Shown piece by piece: positions 25,882-36,789 of a stretch of 64,000 bases of DNA. The stretch covers positions 96,001-160,000 of the IMG/VR virus record IMGVR_UViG_3300019850_000189. One strand, 5' to 3'. A model generated the notes under the pieces. It worked only from the letters and a program-made list of their open reading frames with translations, searched no databases and was not told where the DNA came from. Numbering within the stretch: position 1 is the stretch's first letter; each line of letters begins with the position of its first letter. The translations under genes and the position numbers were made by a program. The stretch comes from a virus.

Positions 25882-28521
25882 ATGAGAAAAAAATTATATG
25901 AACATCTGAAAGAAAAGGGTATAGATGATGCCAAACATCGCGAACGTCTTGAAATGGAACTTAAAGAATTTAAAAAGTATGAAACTATTAATCACACTAA
26001 ATTGATAGTTGAAATAGACAATGGTGCGGAACCAAGCAAAAGGATTCTGATATGGTATTTGTTGGGGTATATCCATAATGACCCTATTGATAAAATTCCG
26101 GAAAATATAGTGGTACCTGGAAAGGCGCCAGATATAGACCTGGATTTTGAAGATGCCGAAAGAGGCAGAGTTATTGATTATATTAAGCGTCGATTCGGAT
26201 ATAATAATGTTGCTCAGGTTTGCAATGTGGTTACCTACTCTATCAAATCTGCTTTTCAAGATGCCGCCCGTATATATGGCATCCCGGCCCAAAAGGCTAT
26301 TTCCATATCCAAAAACATCAATGATGATAACTGGAATCAAAGCGATGCTTATACGCGATATCCTGAAATTTTTAAGTTCGCAGAACATCTCCTCGGTCAA
26401 ATGCGAAATTATGGCAGACACGCCGCGGCAATCATAATAACAGATAAACCAGTTCAGAAATATATACCATGTCAATATAATAAAGATGATGATATTCTGC
26501 TGGCCGAATTTACCGGTGCAGCTATTCAAGATATTAAATTATTAAAACTTGATATACTCGGGCTTTCAACTTTAAAAATTATGAAAGACACCATCGAACA
26601 TATCAAAGAACGCCATAATAAGGAAATATCATTAGGAGATATAGATTTTAACGACCTATCTGTTTTTAAGTTATTCAGTCACGGTTTAACTACCTCTATT
26701 TTCCAATTTGAAAGTCCATCTATGAAGGGTTATCTGCAGAAGCTTAAACCGAAAGAGCTAGAAGATATAGTAGTAATGAATGCTCTTTTTAGACCAGGCG
26801 CTATTCCAATTATTAATAATTATATTAAAAGAAAGCATGGCAAAGAAAAAATAGAATACGGGCACTCTGTATTAGAAAAAGTTTTAAAACCAACTTTTGG
26901 TCTTCTGGTATTCCAGGAAGAAACTATTATGATAGCTCATCTTGCATCCGGAATAAGCTTAGGTAGAGCTGATATGCTGCGCCGCTATATGGAAAAATGG
27001 AATTCCAAATATAAGAATGATATTAAGGGAAAGAAAAAATGGGAATCAGAATTTTTTCAAGGTTGCCAGAAGCAAGGCTTGAATTCAAAGGAATCAAAAT
27101 ATATTTGGGATTACCTGATTAAACAAACCGGATACCAATTCAATCGCTGCGTGTCTGGAGACTGCATCATCGATGCCGATACATCTAACAAATGGCGGCC
27201 TACTATTGGTGAGATGTATCGTATTAAAAATGATACTAAATATGCCAAAGAAACAAATCATTACCCGTTAATGAAACGATATTGTGGTAAAAAGGGCTAC
27301 GGTAAAAGTTATTCATTGTGTGAAGATGGACTTTTACGACTAAACAATATAGTAGATATCTATTATGAAGGTGACCGCGAAGTATTTGAAATTCTTCTGG
27401 AAGATGGTAAGAAAATAGAAGTGACAGGCAATCATAACTTTCCACTCCCAAATGGCCAAAAACTTAATATAGATAATGGGCTGAAGGCTGGGGACCATCT
27501 CTATGTTAACGAAGGATATAAGAAGAGACCCAAAGGACAAAAAGTCAATGAGCCAACCTTGAGACAAATTGTATCAATCAAAAGCGTAGGGATCAAGGAT
27601 ACGTACAATATAGAAATGGCAGCTCCTAATCACACTCTATCTATTAATGGCATTATAACTTCTAATTCTCATGCTCTTTCATATGCCGTCATCGCATATC
27701 AAACGGCATGGCTGAAGGTACATTATCCTGTTGAATTCATGTGTGCATCTCTCAATTCAGATAAAACCCCTATTGACAAGCTCACAGCAGAATGCGCACA
27801 GTTGGGGATTAAGGTGCTATACCCTAATATAAATAAGAGTAAAATAGGATTTAGTATTGTGGATGATAGAACCATTATTTATGGATTGAGCAGTGTTAAA
27901 AACTGTGGCGAGGTTCCGGCGCAATGGATAACTGCGCATGCGCCTTACGAAAGTGTTACCGAGTTTTTTACAAAGCTCAAAGATGATAAATTTGGAACAA
28001 AGGTGAATAAAAGAGTATTGGACAGTCTCATTCTATCCGGCGCATTTAGCGACCTTTATAAAAATACTAAAACATTATTTAATAATTATAATGAGTGGCG
28101 GAAGAAATGGGGCAAGACTGATTTTGAAACATACATAAAAGGCAAAGAAGTTGAAGACTATAATGATGATGAAAAATCGAATTTCCTTCAGGATTTACTA
28201 AGTATCGATACATCCATGGCATTATTTGAGAAGAAAAGCAAAGAAATTAATCAACTTAGGCAATTACTTGGAAAAGGATATATAATTGGGATTATTACGG
28301 ATTTTGTCCGAAAACGCGACAGAAACGGAAATATGATGGCTTTTGTGAGCATAAGAGATGGCAATGGCATCAGACGATATCCTCTTTTCGCCAGGCAATT
28401 TGCGAATAATAGTAAAAATTTGATTAAAAATAAAATATTAGCATTTAAAATGTCTAATATGAGAGATGGAGATCGCTTGATAACAAGTATCATGCAACCG
28501 GATACATCAATCAATGGGTAA
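25882..28521 (+). CDS. dnaE: DNA polymerase III alpha, C-terminal part (catalytic palm, fingers, HhH, OB), contains an intein
   Basis: PDIDLDF, GRHAAA, KLDILGL, FQFES, ALFRPG, FQEE, FNR/SHA. Confidence 0.94.
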   Translation: MRKKLYEHLKEKGIDDAKHRERLEMELKEFKKYETINHTKLIVEIDNGAEPSKRILIWYLLGYIHNDPIDKIPENIVVPGKAPDIDLDFEDAERGRVIDYIKRRFGYNNVAQVCNVVTYSIKSAFQDAARIYGIPAQKAISISKNINDDNWNQSDAYTRYPEIFKFAEHLLGQMRNYGRHAAAIIITDKPVQKYIPCQYNKDDDILLAEFTGAAIQDIKLLKLDILGLSTLKIMKDTIEHIKERHNKEISLGDIDFNDLSVFKLFSHGLTTSIFQFESPSMKGYLQKLKPKELEDIVVMNALFRPGAIPIINNYIKRKHGKEKIEYGHSVLEKVLKPTFGLLVFQEETIMIAHLASGISLGRADMLRRYMEKWNSKYKNDIKGKKKWESEFFQGCQKQGLNSKESKYIWDYLIKQTGYQFNRCVSGDCIIDADTSNKWRPTIGEMYRIKNDTKYAKETNHYPLMKRYCGKKGYGKSYSLCEDGLLRLNNIVDIYYEGDREVFEILLEDGKKIEVTGNHNFPLPNGQKLNIDNGLKAGDHLYVNEGYKKRPKGQKVNEPTLRQIVSIKSVGIKDTYNIEMAAPNHTLSINGIITSNSHALSYAVIAYQTAWLKVHYPVEFMCASLNSDKTPIDKLTAECAQLGIKVLYPNINKSKIGFSIVDDRTIIYGLSSVKNCGEVPAQWITAHAPYESVTEFFTKLKDDKFGTKVNKRVLDSLILSGAFSDLYKNTKTLFNNYNEWRKKWGKTDFETYIKGKEVEDYNDDEKSNFLQDLLSIDTSMALFEKKSKEINQLRQLLGKGYIIGIITDFVRKRDRNGNMMAFVSIRDGNGIRRYPLFARQFANNSKNLIKNKILAFKMSNMRDGDRLITSIMQPDTSING
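27148..27666 (+). mobile_element. mini-intein (173 aa, no homing endonuclease)
   Basis: Starts CVSGD after GYQFNR; block B EVTGNH; block F DTYNIEM..PNHT; ends TSN before Ser of SHALSY. Confidence 0.92.
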
Positions 28522-28844
28522 AGTTCATGATAAAATACTACTGTGATTTTTTGTTCAGCAGAAATGAACGAAAATAAATATAAGCGAAACTCTAAAAAAT
28601 TGATGGATATAATCTATGAGCATCGGGCTTCATATTTGTTGTATGAGAATAAATTTCAGAAAACTCCTGAACACTGTGCATGCGATGAATGTCTCGCTTT
28701 CATTGAAGAAAAAATGAACAAGTTTAATATAGATCAAAAGGAATTTTTCGATAATTGGAAAAAGGAATTTATCAGAGATGTCAAACTTCATGCTGCACCA
28801 ACAAAAACAGGCAAAGCAAAAGTATTATTGGATGGGGAAAATTC

Positions 28845-29201
28845 ATGAATATAATGATTTTGGAAGATTCACCAGAGCGTTGTGAATTCTTTCGAAAATT
28901 TTTGAGCGGCAATGTTCTGTATTTTTATGATAATGCAGAGGCTGCAAAGACGGCCCTGGAAGTTCAAGAATTCGATATGATATTTCTGGACCATGATTTA
29001 GAAGGCCAGGTTTATGTTAATTCTGATTACGAGAACACTGGTTACCAGGTGGCAAAATATATTGCGGATAAAAATATAAAAACTCAAGTAATTATACATA
29101 CGATGAACTATTCCGGAGCCCGTCGAATGCTGTCTGTTTTGCCAAATTCAAAATGGGTCGCTTTTAATCAGCTGTTGGAAGCATATAAAATTGACAGATG
29201 A
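28845..29201 (+). CDS. stand-alone receiver-like domain (cyclic-phosphate-processing REC type)
   Basis: MILEDS, IFLDHDL, IIHTMN.SGA..M. Confidence 0.8.
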   Translation: MNIMILEDSPERCEFFRKFLSGNVLYFYDNAEAAKTALEVQEFDMIFLDHDLEGQVYVNSDYENTGYQVAKYIADKNIKTQVIIHTMNYSGARRMLSVLPNSKWVAFNQLLEAYKIDR

Positions 29202-29886
29202 GACATATATAAAAGTATATGGATAGTGATTGGAGCGTATTGTGAGTGATAAGAGTGAAGTGGCATTTAGCTGGTTCTATAATCAGGCTGAAAAAAAGAT
29301 TATATTTGTCGGAATGACCGGAAACCAACCGTCTTGGGTTTTGCCTAATAATGAAAAGAAAAGGATAGTGGCCAAAAATCTTCTTAGGAAGTATAATAAT
29401 GACAAAGCAGATAACTAAAGCGGCTAGGAACTTGCTCAAGACGAATCATATTCAACTTATTAATCAAGCTCCGCATAGAATCACTTTGCGTATTAAAGGC
29501 AAAAATTATATATTGGAACCAGCTGGCACACTCAAGACGGAAGGCTACACTCCAGAAATAAAACGTTTATTGAGAGATGGCATACTGGGAATATATGGTT
29601 CTTGATAATATCTTTGAAGTAAAAACCGAAGCTATTAAAGCCTTGTTTAAAAATGTTCCAATTAAAATTGTAGAGGCCATCCTATACAAAAAAAAGGAAA
29701 TATGGGAGAATAAGATGAAAATGCCATTTGCCAAAGGCAAAACTATAAAAGACGCTTCTGAAAAGCCTAAAGAAGATACACACATATTAAAGGTGGTTTC
29801 TAACTTCAGGAAATTGTATCAAAAAAAGAATTCTAATGAAACATATATAGAAAGTAAGAAAGAAAAATTAGAGGAGCAAAACAAAA

Positions 29887-30729
29887 ATGAATTCAAGAAG
29901 AACAAACATCGAAAAACTCAGAGAAATGTATGAGAAGTCTAAGACGAATAGCAACTTTTCAAATAATTTTTGGTATCCTCCCGATGAGGAGAATATAATT
30001 AGAATTCTCCCTCCGCTAGAGGGCAAGGATGTATTTTACAAAGCAACGGGGACCCATAAATTTGGAGACTATTTCTTTTGGTGCCCAAGATTAACGGAAG
30101 GTAAGCGATGCCCAATTTGTGAAGAGAGAAAGCGCAGGTATGAATCTGGCACCGATGTGGATCGCGAAGTTGCCTACAAACTTAAAGGAAAGAAAAAGTA
30201 TATTTACAACATAATAGACCGAAAAGGTGATGATCCTATAAAGGTGCAACAGTATATTACAGGTCCCAAGGTCTGGGAAAAAGTTCTTTCGTATTACTTT
30301 GATGAGGAATATGGAGCTCTAGATGATATAGAAAAGGGCTACGATTTTAAGTTGATTAAAAAAATGATTTCTTCGTCAGAGGGAGAATTTGCCAATTACG
30401 ATGATTCTCGACCAATGAAGACCGCCTCCAAGCTGGCAGATAGCGATGAGGACATTGCGGAGATACTTTCTAATTTGAAAGACCTGGATACAATAATCAA
30501 TCTGAAAGATTACGACACAATGAAAGCCGCTTTGGACCGCTTCCTGGTAGAATACTATAATGCTAGCACTTCTGATAATGAAGAAATAGTTTCCACCCCC
30601 GAGATTAAAACCAAATCAAAGGATAAGAAAAAGCCCGAACCAACACCAACTATCGAAAATGAAGATGAAGCAGATATTGATGATTTTGAAGCCAAGCTGA
30701 TGAAAGAACTCGCTGAAGATGATGAATAA
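29887..30729 (+). CDS. single-stranded DNA-binding protein (T4 gp32-like)
   Basis: IIRILPP, H...C...CPICE Zn site, G.DF.LIK, YDDSR, acidic C-terminal tail. Confidence 0.85.
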   Translation: MNSRRTNIEKLREMYEKSKTNSNFSNNFWYPPDEENIIRILPPLEGKDVFYKATGTHKFGDYFFWCPRLTEGKRCPICEERKRRYESGTDVDREVAYKLKGKKKYIYNIIDRKGDDPIKVQQYITGPKVWEKVLSYYFDEEYGALDDIEKGYDFKLIKKMISSSEGEFANYDDSRPMKTASKLADSDEDIAEILSNLKDLDTIINLKDYDTMKAALDRFLVEYYNASTSDNEEIVSTPEIKTKSKDKKKPEPTPTIENEDEADIDDFEAKLMKELAEDDE

Positions 30730-30756
30730 AGGACAAATTTAGGTCCTAATCCCACC

Positions 30757-30785
30757 AAATGCCCGGATGTTCCGGGCATTTTTTT
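30757..30785 (+). terminator. intrinsic terminator
   Basis: AAATGCCCGGA/TCCGGGCATTT plus U tract. Confidence 0.88.
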
Positions 30786-30786
30786 A

Positions 30787-30815
30787 TTTACAAAAGTTGT
30801 CTTCTGCTATATAAT
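30787..30815 (+). promoter_or_regulatory. sigma70-type promoter
   Basis: TTTACA-17 nt-TATAAT, then CAGGAGG RBS. Confidence 0.8.
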
Positions 30816-30835
30816 ATTAACAGGAGGTAAACATA

Positions 30836-31801
30836 ATGCCACAGGAACATCAAGTTGAAGTTAAAAAATATATTTTTAGAGCTCGAGTTGGTTCTCACCT
30901 TTATGGACTTAATACTCCAGAATCAGACGAAGATTTTGTGAGCGTATTTATTCCTGGGGAGGATTATATTCTTGGTCTCAAAAATGTGGATGAGATTGAT
31001 CGCTCCACTAAGAAATCAGATGCCAAACGTCGAAATAGTCCAGAAGATATCGACGATAAAGCTTATAATATTCAGAAATTCCTCAAACTTTTAATTAACA
31101 ATAATCCCAACATTGTGGAGATCTTATTTGCTAGGCCCGAAAATATTATAATCTTAGAACCAGAGTTCAAAGAGCTTATCGATAATTATGAAAAAATTGT
31201 CAGCACTCGTGCCTTTTGGACTTTTACTGGTTATGCTTACTCACAGAGAAAGCACCTTATTATAAAGAGCGAGCGTTTCAGAGGTCTCACTGAAGCTGTA
31301 GAATATCTTGAGAGCATTGGTGTTAATCCGCGCGAGATCACTGAGCTTGAATCTTCAGAGCTCAATCATTTTCTTAAGTTCTATAAGGGGGAAAAAGGTA
31401 ATACAGAATTTTTCCACAAAGGAATGCCTCTTGAGCATATTTATAACCGTGTTAAGTCCGAGCTTGATATGTATGGCTATCGGATTAAGGAGCTTAACTT
31501 TACTGGCAAAGGCGGAGAGCTATATGATTCTAAATTCGCTTACCATTTAATTCGGCTTCTCGATGAGGGTAGACAGCTTCTTGAAACAGGCCATATTGAA
31601 TTTCCAATTTCTGGAAAAGCTCGCGATGATATTCTAAAGATCCGAAATAAGGAAGTGCCTTTTGAGGATCTCCTGGAACTTTATGATAAGTATAACTCCG
31701 AAATTAAAAAAATTAATGAGAAATCTCCTATCCGCAAAAAGCCAGATTTTAACTGGGCTAATAAATACCTTGTGAGGATTTTGAAAGAGAGTCTTTTGTG
31801 A
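30836..31801 (+). CDS. DNA polymerase beta superfamily nucleotidyltransferase (RlaP/YcgL-like)
   Basis: VGSHLYGLNTPESDED, NPNIVEILF, YHLIRLL. Confidence 0.88.
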   Translation: MPQEHQVEVKKYIFRARVGSHLYGLNTPESDEDFVSVFIPGEDYILGLKNVDEIDRSTKKSDAKRRNSPEDIDDKAYNIQKFLKLLINNNPNIVEILFARPENIIILEPEFKELIDNYEKIVSTRAFWTFTGYAYSQRKHLIIKSERFRGLTEAVEYLESIGVNPREITELESSELNHFLKFYKGEKGNTEFFHKGMPLEHIYNRVKSELDMYGYRIKELNFTGKGGELYDSKFAYHLIRLLDEGRQLLETGHIEFPISGKARDDILKIRNKEVPFEDLLELYDKYNSEIKKINEKSPIRKKPDFNWANKYLVRILKESLL

Positions 31802-32314
31802 GGAAGAGCAAAAAAATAGATATAGCAAAAACCCTCCTAAATGGTGGGATATGGGTTAAGCCCACTCCCGTCAAAAATTTCTTTATCAAACTGAAAGAGA
31901 GAACTATAACGAGAATAGAGTGTGGGCTATGGATATATAGGAATTACTTTCTGTTTGTACTTAGCCTACTATTTAGCTGGTAGCCATAATTTGTATTATA
32001 TTTTTTATTGCTAACTCACTCACTAAGACATATATATAATCGATATGAAAAAAGAAATAGCAAAATCATTCCTCAAAGATAACATCTTAACTATCGGATA
32101 TATGACTTCAATACAAATATCGAGCAAGAATGGGCCAACCATTGGCAACGGCCGATTACCAGGTGCTGTCCAGGTTCCTAATGTATCGCCAAATTCACAA
32201 GGCGAGCGATTTAAATTAACTATCACATTAGAATGCTCTCCTGATGATCTCAAGCCTGTCTATTCTGAATTATTACCTTATGGAAAAATACTAATATTGA
32301 AAATGGAATAAATC

Positions 32315-33001
32315 ATGCATGATATGTATAAGCTTAAACTTAATCCGCGGGATTTGGCTATTTATGATATGGCCAGAATATTTTACAATATGATGTCAAG
32401 CCATGATCCTAAATCGCATGCACAATGGGCTAATTTTTATAATGCCAGTTATCCACAAAAAGGCAGAAACTGGAAATACTTTGAGGAACTTTATGAAGTA
32501 ATTAAAAATGACAGCCATTTTAACATGAGATGGTTTGTAAATGCTCAGTTAGTTTACCTTGAAAAAGGAAAAACCATATGGCCGGCTCAATTGCTAACCA
32601 AAAAGGCGATGAATAATTATTTTGAGTATTGCAATAACCGTCGCATAACAATTAAGGGCGACGGTACTAAAGATATTATAGCGGCTCTTGTTCATGATAA
32701 AAAATTCATGCGAGAATGGCTTAGTGATCATCCAGAAAGCGACTACGCAGATTTCTTTGGCCGAGTGCCGGAAGGACTGGTAATGTCAGATGGAATTTAT
32801 TACGCAATTCAAGGAATGCTATCTGTATTCTTTTTATCAATATCCAAAAATTTCAACATAGTTTACTTAAACCTGGAACCGGATCTACGAGAAGAAATTG
32901 CGACAAAAGGGAGGATTTTAATGTCGCGAGATAAAGTTAGGCTTAATAAGCGGGCCCTGGAGTTAGCAAGAAAAATATTCAAAGAGGAAGTGCTATTATG
33001 A
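32315..33001 (+). CDS. hypothetical protein
   Basis: Long ORF in an operon; no family recognised. Confidence 0.7.
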   Translation: MHDMYKLKLNPRDLAIYDMARIFYNMMSSHDPKSHAQWANFYNASYPQKGRNWKYFEELYEVIKNDSHFNMRWFVNAQLVYLEKGKTIWPAQLLTKKAMNNYFEYCNNRRITIKGDGTKDIIAALVHDKKFMREWLSDHPESDYADFFGRVPEGLVMSDGIYYAIQGMLSVFFLSISKNFNIVYLNLEPDLREEIATKGRILMSRDKVRLNKRALELARKIFKEEVLL

Positions 33002-33607
33002 CAATAGAATTTTTTACGTATTTGCTTGGATTGGCATTGATGCTTTATAGAGCTGAAATCATAGATTCTAAACAGATACAGAAACTTGTAGAGGTGTGCA
33101 AGGACAACTCAGACAAATCTATAGAAGATTTATTAACGGAGTTGGAAAGTATTAATAAAAAATAATACTGAAGAATCGTATGTCAGATGTCATTAAAGAA
33201 ATTGATACTGTAGTTACAAAATATGAGGTTAAACCGTCAGTAATGAAAGATATTACCCAAAATTTTGAGCATTCCTTCAAAGCCACAGAAAATATCGATA
33301 AATCCAAGCAGGAAGATATGGCAAAAATTTATGCCAGAGATGGCATCATAATAAGGGGATAAAATGAAAATTCAACATTTTAATTACACAAGGATGGATG
33401 GAGAAGAATCAGAACACACTGTTATTATATTAAAAGAGGACAATGCATATATTGAAGGAATAGATTTGACAAAGCTTGCAAAACCAGAGCAGCAAAGCAT
33501 TATCGCGATTCAGAAAGAATATGAGGAAGCATTATCTTCTTTTATGCCATCTTATCGCAAGTTTATTAAAGATAATATCAAAGTCCTATAATGAATGGAG
33601 AGCCGAG

Positions 33608-34396
33608 GTGGAACTCACAGGTAAAAAACTCAATATTATAACAAGTTGTTATAATAATTTAAATTGTAAACATTGCTATGTTGATGCATATCTGCCATTG
33701 ACGGATAATGTATATAACAAGAGGGAAATCGCCAGAATTTTCGATTATTTTAATTCCAAGGGTGTAAATGACGTATCATTTATCGGTGGCGAGCCGCTAA
33801 TGAATACCTTTCGTCTCATGGAAATGTTGAAAATGGGATTAAATTATTTTCAACATTTCTCCTTACTTACCAATGGCATAATGCTGGAAGAAGCGTTGCT
33901 GGATCAGTTGATAGAATTGGGTCTCGCAGAATTAAAAATTAGCCTGTTTTCATTTAATGGAGAAGAGTTCAACAGCTTGGCTGGTTTGATTAGAAAAATG
34001 TATATTCCCAAAGATATAATTGCATATGCCAACAGTAAGCTTACAACTATCCTTTATGTTCCTATTTTTAGTTCGGAGCTTGGTTATTTAAATAGTAAGG
34101 TATTTGAAGGCTTTGACGATTTTATGGCAAGCACCAATAGCAAAAATATCACATTCCTATCCACACTTCCAAATCAATTCGAAACTATGGATTTTTATAA
34201 GAATATAACTGCAGCAGGTAAATTGATTAAAGCAGAGAAGCACCTTGAGATATTTAATACAGGCAAGTATAATATTGGATTTTTAGATATTGTCTCGTAC
34301 GTCAATGAACCTGGTAGATTTTATCTATATCCAGATTTAAAAGTTAGAACAAGCCTTGCCACTCTAGACAGCATATACGAAATTTCACAGGGATAA
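33608..34396 (+). CDS. radical SAM protein (CX5CX2C variant)
   Basis: SCYNNLNCKHC, FIGGEPL, LLTNG; GTG start with GGAG upstream. Confidence 0.8.
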   Translation: MELTGKKLNIITSCYNNLNCKHCYVDAYLPLTDNVYNKREIARIFDYFNSKGVNDVSFIGGEPLMNTFRLMEMLKMGLNYFQHFSLLTNGIMLEEALLDQLIELGLAELKISLFSFNGEEFNSLAGLIRKMYIPKDIIAYANSKLTTILYVPIFSSELGYLNSKVFEGFDDFMASTNSKNITFLSTLPNQFETMDFYKNITAAGKLIKAEKHLEIFNTGKYNIGFLDIVSYVNEPGRFYLYPDLKVRTSLATLDSIYEISQG

Positions 34397-35070
34397 TAAA
34401 ATGCCAAAAATACCAATGCATTATGACTATAATGCATTTATGAAAGAACTTGACGAAGAAACGGCCGAGATTGTTGCCGAAATGGATGATAAAATGCACC
34501 GAAAGGGTGTCGGTAAAAGAGACCAAATTAAAGAAGAGCTTGTAAAATCAATCAGAGATCGAAACTTTAAATACAAAAATAAAAAATAGTTTAAATTTTG
34601 TTAATCTAGAAGCATATATAAAATGAAAAGAAATTACTCAAATATAACATATGAGGAATTTGCCAGGCTGAAGTTTCCCTTCTTGGCAAAATATGAAGAT
34701 GAGAATACTTTATATTATATTTACTTTGATAGCGTAATACACATATTGCCCAGCTCGGCGCTGCCGAAACGCTCGGCGGTAAATATAAGAAACAAAGTAA
34801 TGGAATTTAAGACTCGATTGAAATATCATGCTTTCAAATCGTCAAATGAACTTAACATATACATCGGAGCTCCTATAAAAGATTCAATTGGTAATATTCT
34901 TTTTTTACAGAATCTCCATATAGCAAAAACACCAAATGAATTATCCGATATGAAAGAAGGTATAATTCTTGGTTTATTTAAATACGAAAAAATAACTTTT
35001 TTGAAATCGCGATTTGACTGACAATTAAATTATCATTAAAACATATATAGAATCAATAAGGAGTTAATAA

Positions 35071-36069
35071 ATGAAACGTTTAATTCTTGGTTGTGGCCAG
35101 ACAGGTTCACGCCTTGCTGAAATGTTTAAGAGTAAAAATGATGATATTATCACATTTTCAACCGCAGTAGAGGATGCCATCGGCTTAAGTAATAATATTC
35201 AAGTTTCTGATGAAGGCTCGGGACGTAACTACAACATCGGCCTTAGACTATGGGCCGAAAAGAAGGAAGAAATTGCTAAAATTCTTGAGCCTTATGAACG
35301 TACACGTATTGTATATTTTGCCGCTTTAGGCGGTGGAAGCGGCAGCTCATCAATTAGAATTGTTCTTAATCAGTTAACACGTCAAAAAAACAAAATTTTA
35401 TTTGTTGGCATTCTGCCATTCTTAGCCGAGGCAATTCCAGCAACCGCAAATGCAGTTCGGTCCATGCAGTCTCTCGTATATTATCAAGACAAATGTTCAA
35501 TTATGTTATTTCCAAATGAACTAATTGGTAAATTTACAGCAAGAGACTATACGGCTATTAACGATCATATAATAGGCGCCATCAGATGCGTTACAAATCT
35601 TAATAGCGAGCTGAATGATTCCAGTTTATATACACCATTATCCATAGATTATCTTGAAGCGGATTCGATTGCTTATGCGGGTGGTTTTGTCAATGTTTCT
35701 TTTTCAAATTTGGAGGAAGAATCACTTAAATTCATCGGTTATGGCAAGATAAATGAAGCAAAGAATATTCTTGTTGCGCGCTCTGTATACAGCAAAATAA
35801 AACAAGCAGAGGTAGATTCTGAAGCTAACAAACTAATTGAAGTTGTCAAAAAGATAAGTGGTAGAGCCCGCGGGGCAAGGATTCTTTTTGGTATTATCAG
35901 AAATAATTATGATAATATTCTATATATTACCATAGCTGCTGGTCTCAAAATAGGGCACCTGATAGATAAATATAAAAACCTAGCTATTGACAGAGTGACT
36001 AATTACAGAGCAGAAGAAATGCATGAGGATATCATAGATAAAGATGAGAATAAATTCCTTAATGTTTAA
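35071..36069 (+). CDS. tubulin/FtsZ-family GTPase (PhuZ/TubZ-like)
   Basis: ILGCGQTGSRL, GSGRNYNIG, ALGGGSGSS signature loop. Confidence 0.82.
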   Translation: MKRLILGCGQTGSRLAEMFKSKNDDIITFSTAVEDAIGLSNNIQVSDEGSGRNYNIGLRLWAEKKEEIAKILEPYERTRIVYFAALGGGSGSSSIRIVLNQLTRQKNKILFVGILPFLAEAIPATANAVRSMQSLVYYQDKCSIMLFPNELIGKFTARDYTAINDHIIGAIRCVTNLNSELNDSSLYTPLSIDYLEADSIAYAGGFVNVSFSNLEEESLKFIGYGKINEAKNILVARSVYSKIKQAEVDSEANKLIEVVKKISGRARGARILFGIIRNNYDNILYITIAAGLKIGHLIDKYKNLAIDRVTNYRAEEMHEDIIDKDENKFLNV

Positions 36070-36531
36070 GGAGGCTGCATAATGGCCCTAAAAGGCTTTT
36101 CAGGATATAGGCCAGGAGACGGTTCCATACCGCTGTATCAAAAAAACAATAAAAATACTTCATTGCTTGACAAACTGAAATTTTGGAAGTGGTTCGTCAA
36201 TAAAAAACAAACCAAAAATGAATGAGAATAAAAAACTGGAAAAGTTGCGAGACCTCACGCAAGATATCTCTATTATATATAATAATAAATTAGGAAATAT
36301 AACGCACAACCAGGATGATGGTGATACTTTTGCCGGTAGCATTGTTGAAGCGAAAGATAATAACGAAAAAGCAATTGTATTATTATACAGAAGGTCCGGT
36401 TCGGATACGTGGCACGTCAGAGCTATTTCTGAAGCAGATGGCGCAAGAGACACTGGAACAAAACAGTTTACAGATTTTAATGTTGCCGCGGCCGACTGGA
36501 AAAAATTGATATTGAAATTATTGGAAAAATT

Positions 36532-36789
36532 ATGATAACTTATGTTTATAAATGCCCAAATTGTAATAAAGTAAAAGAAGTAAAACATTCCATTAAGGAA
36601 ACTCCAAAGATAATATGTGATATCTGCGGCACAAAAATGAAACGAGTTATACTCGGTGGCCAGGCGACGTTCACCAAAAAAATCGGTGGAGTGGCGGCCT
36701 ATCATGGAGAAGGCAAGGAGAGAAAGGCCGGCAGAAAAAAATGGATAAAAGAAAATCCATATTATGACAAGTTACCAGACTATCTTTAG
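36532..36789 (+). CDS. FmdB-family zinc-ribbon protein
   Basis: YVYKCPNC...ICDICGTKMKRVI. Confidence 0.85.
   Translation: MITYVYKCPNCNKVKEVKHSIKETPKIICDICGTKMKRVILGGQATFTKKIGGVAAYHGEGKERKAGRKKWIKENPYYDKLPDYL

Noticed and set aside
23400-26130. Split intein or intron joining the dnaE halves
   Set aside because: No Cys/Ser-initiated intein-N at the end of the N-gene, no HN/N-[CST] intein-C in the C-gene leader, and the intervening DNA is two ordinary genes.
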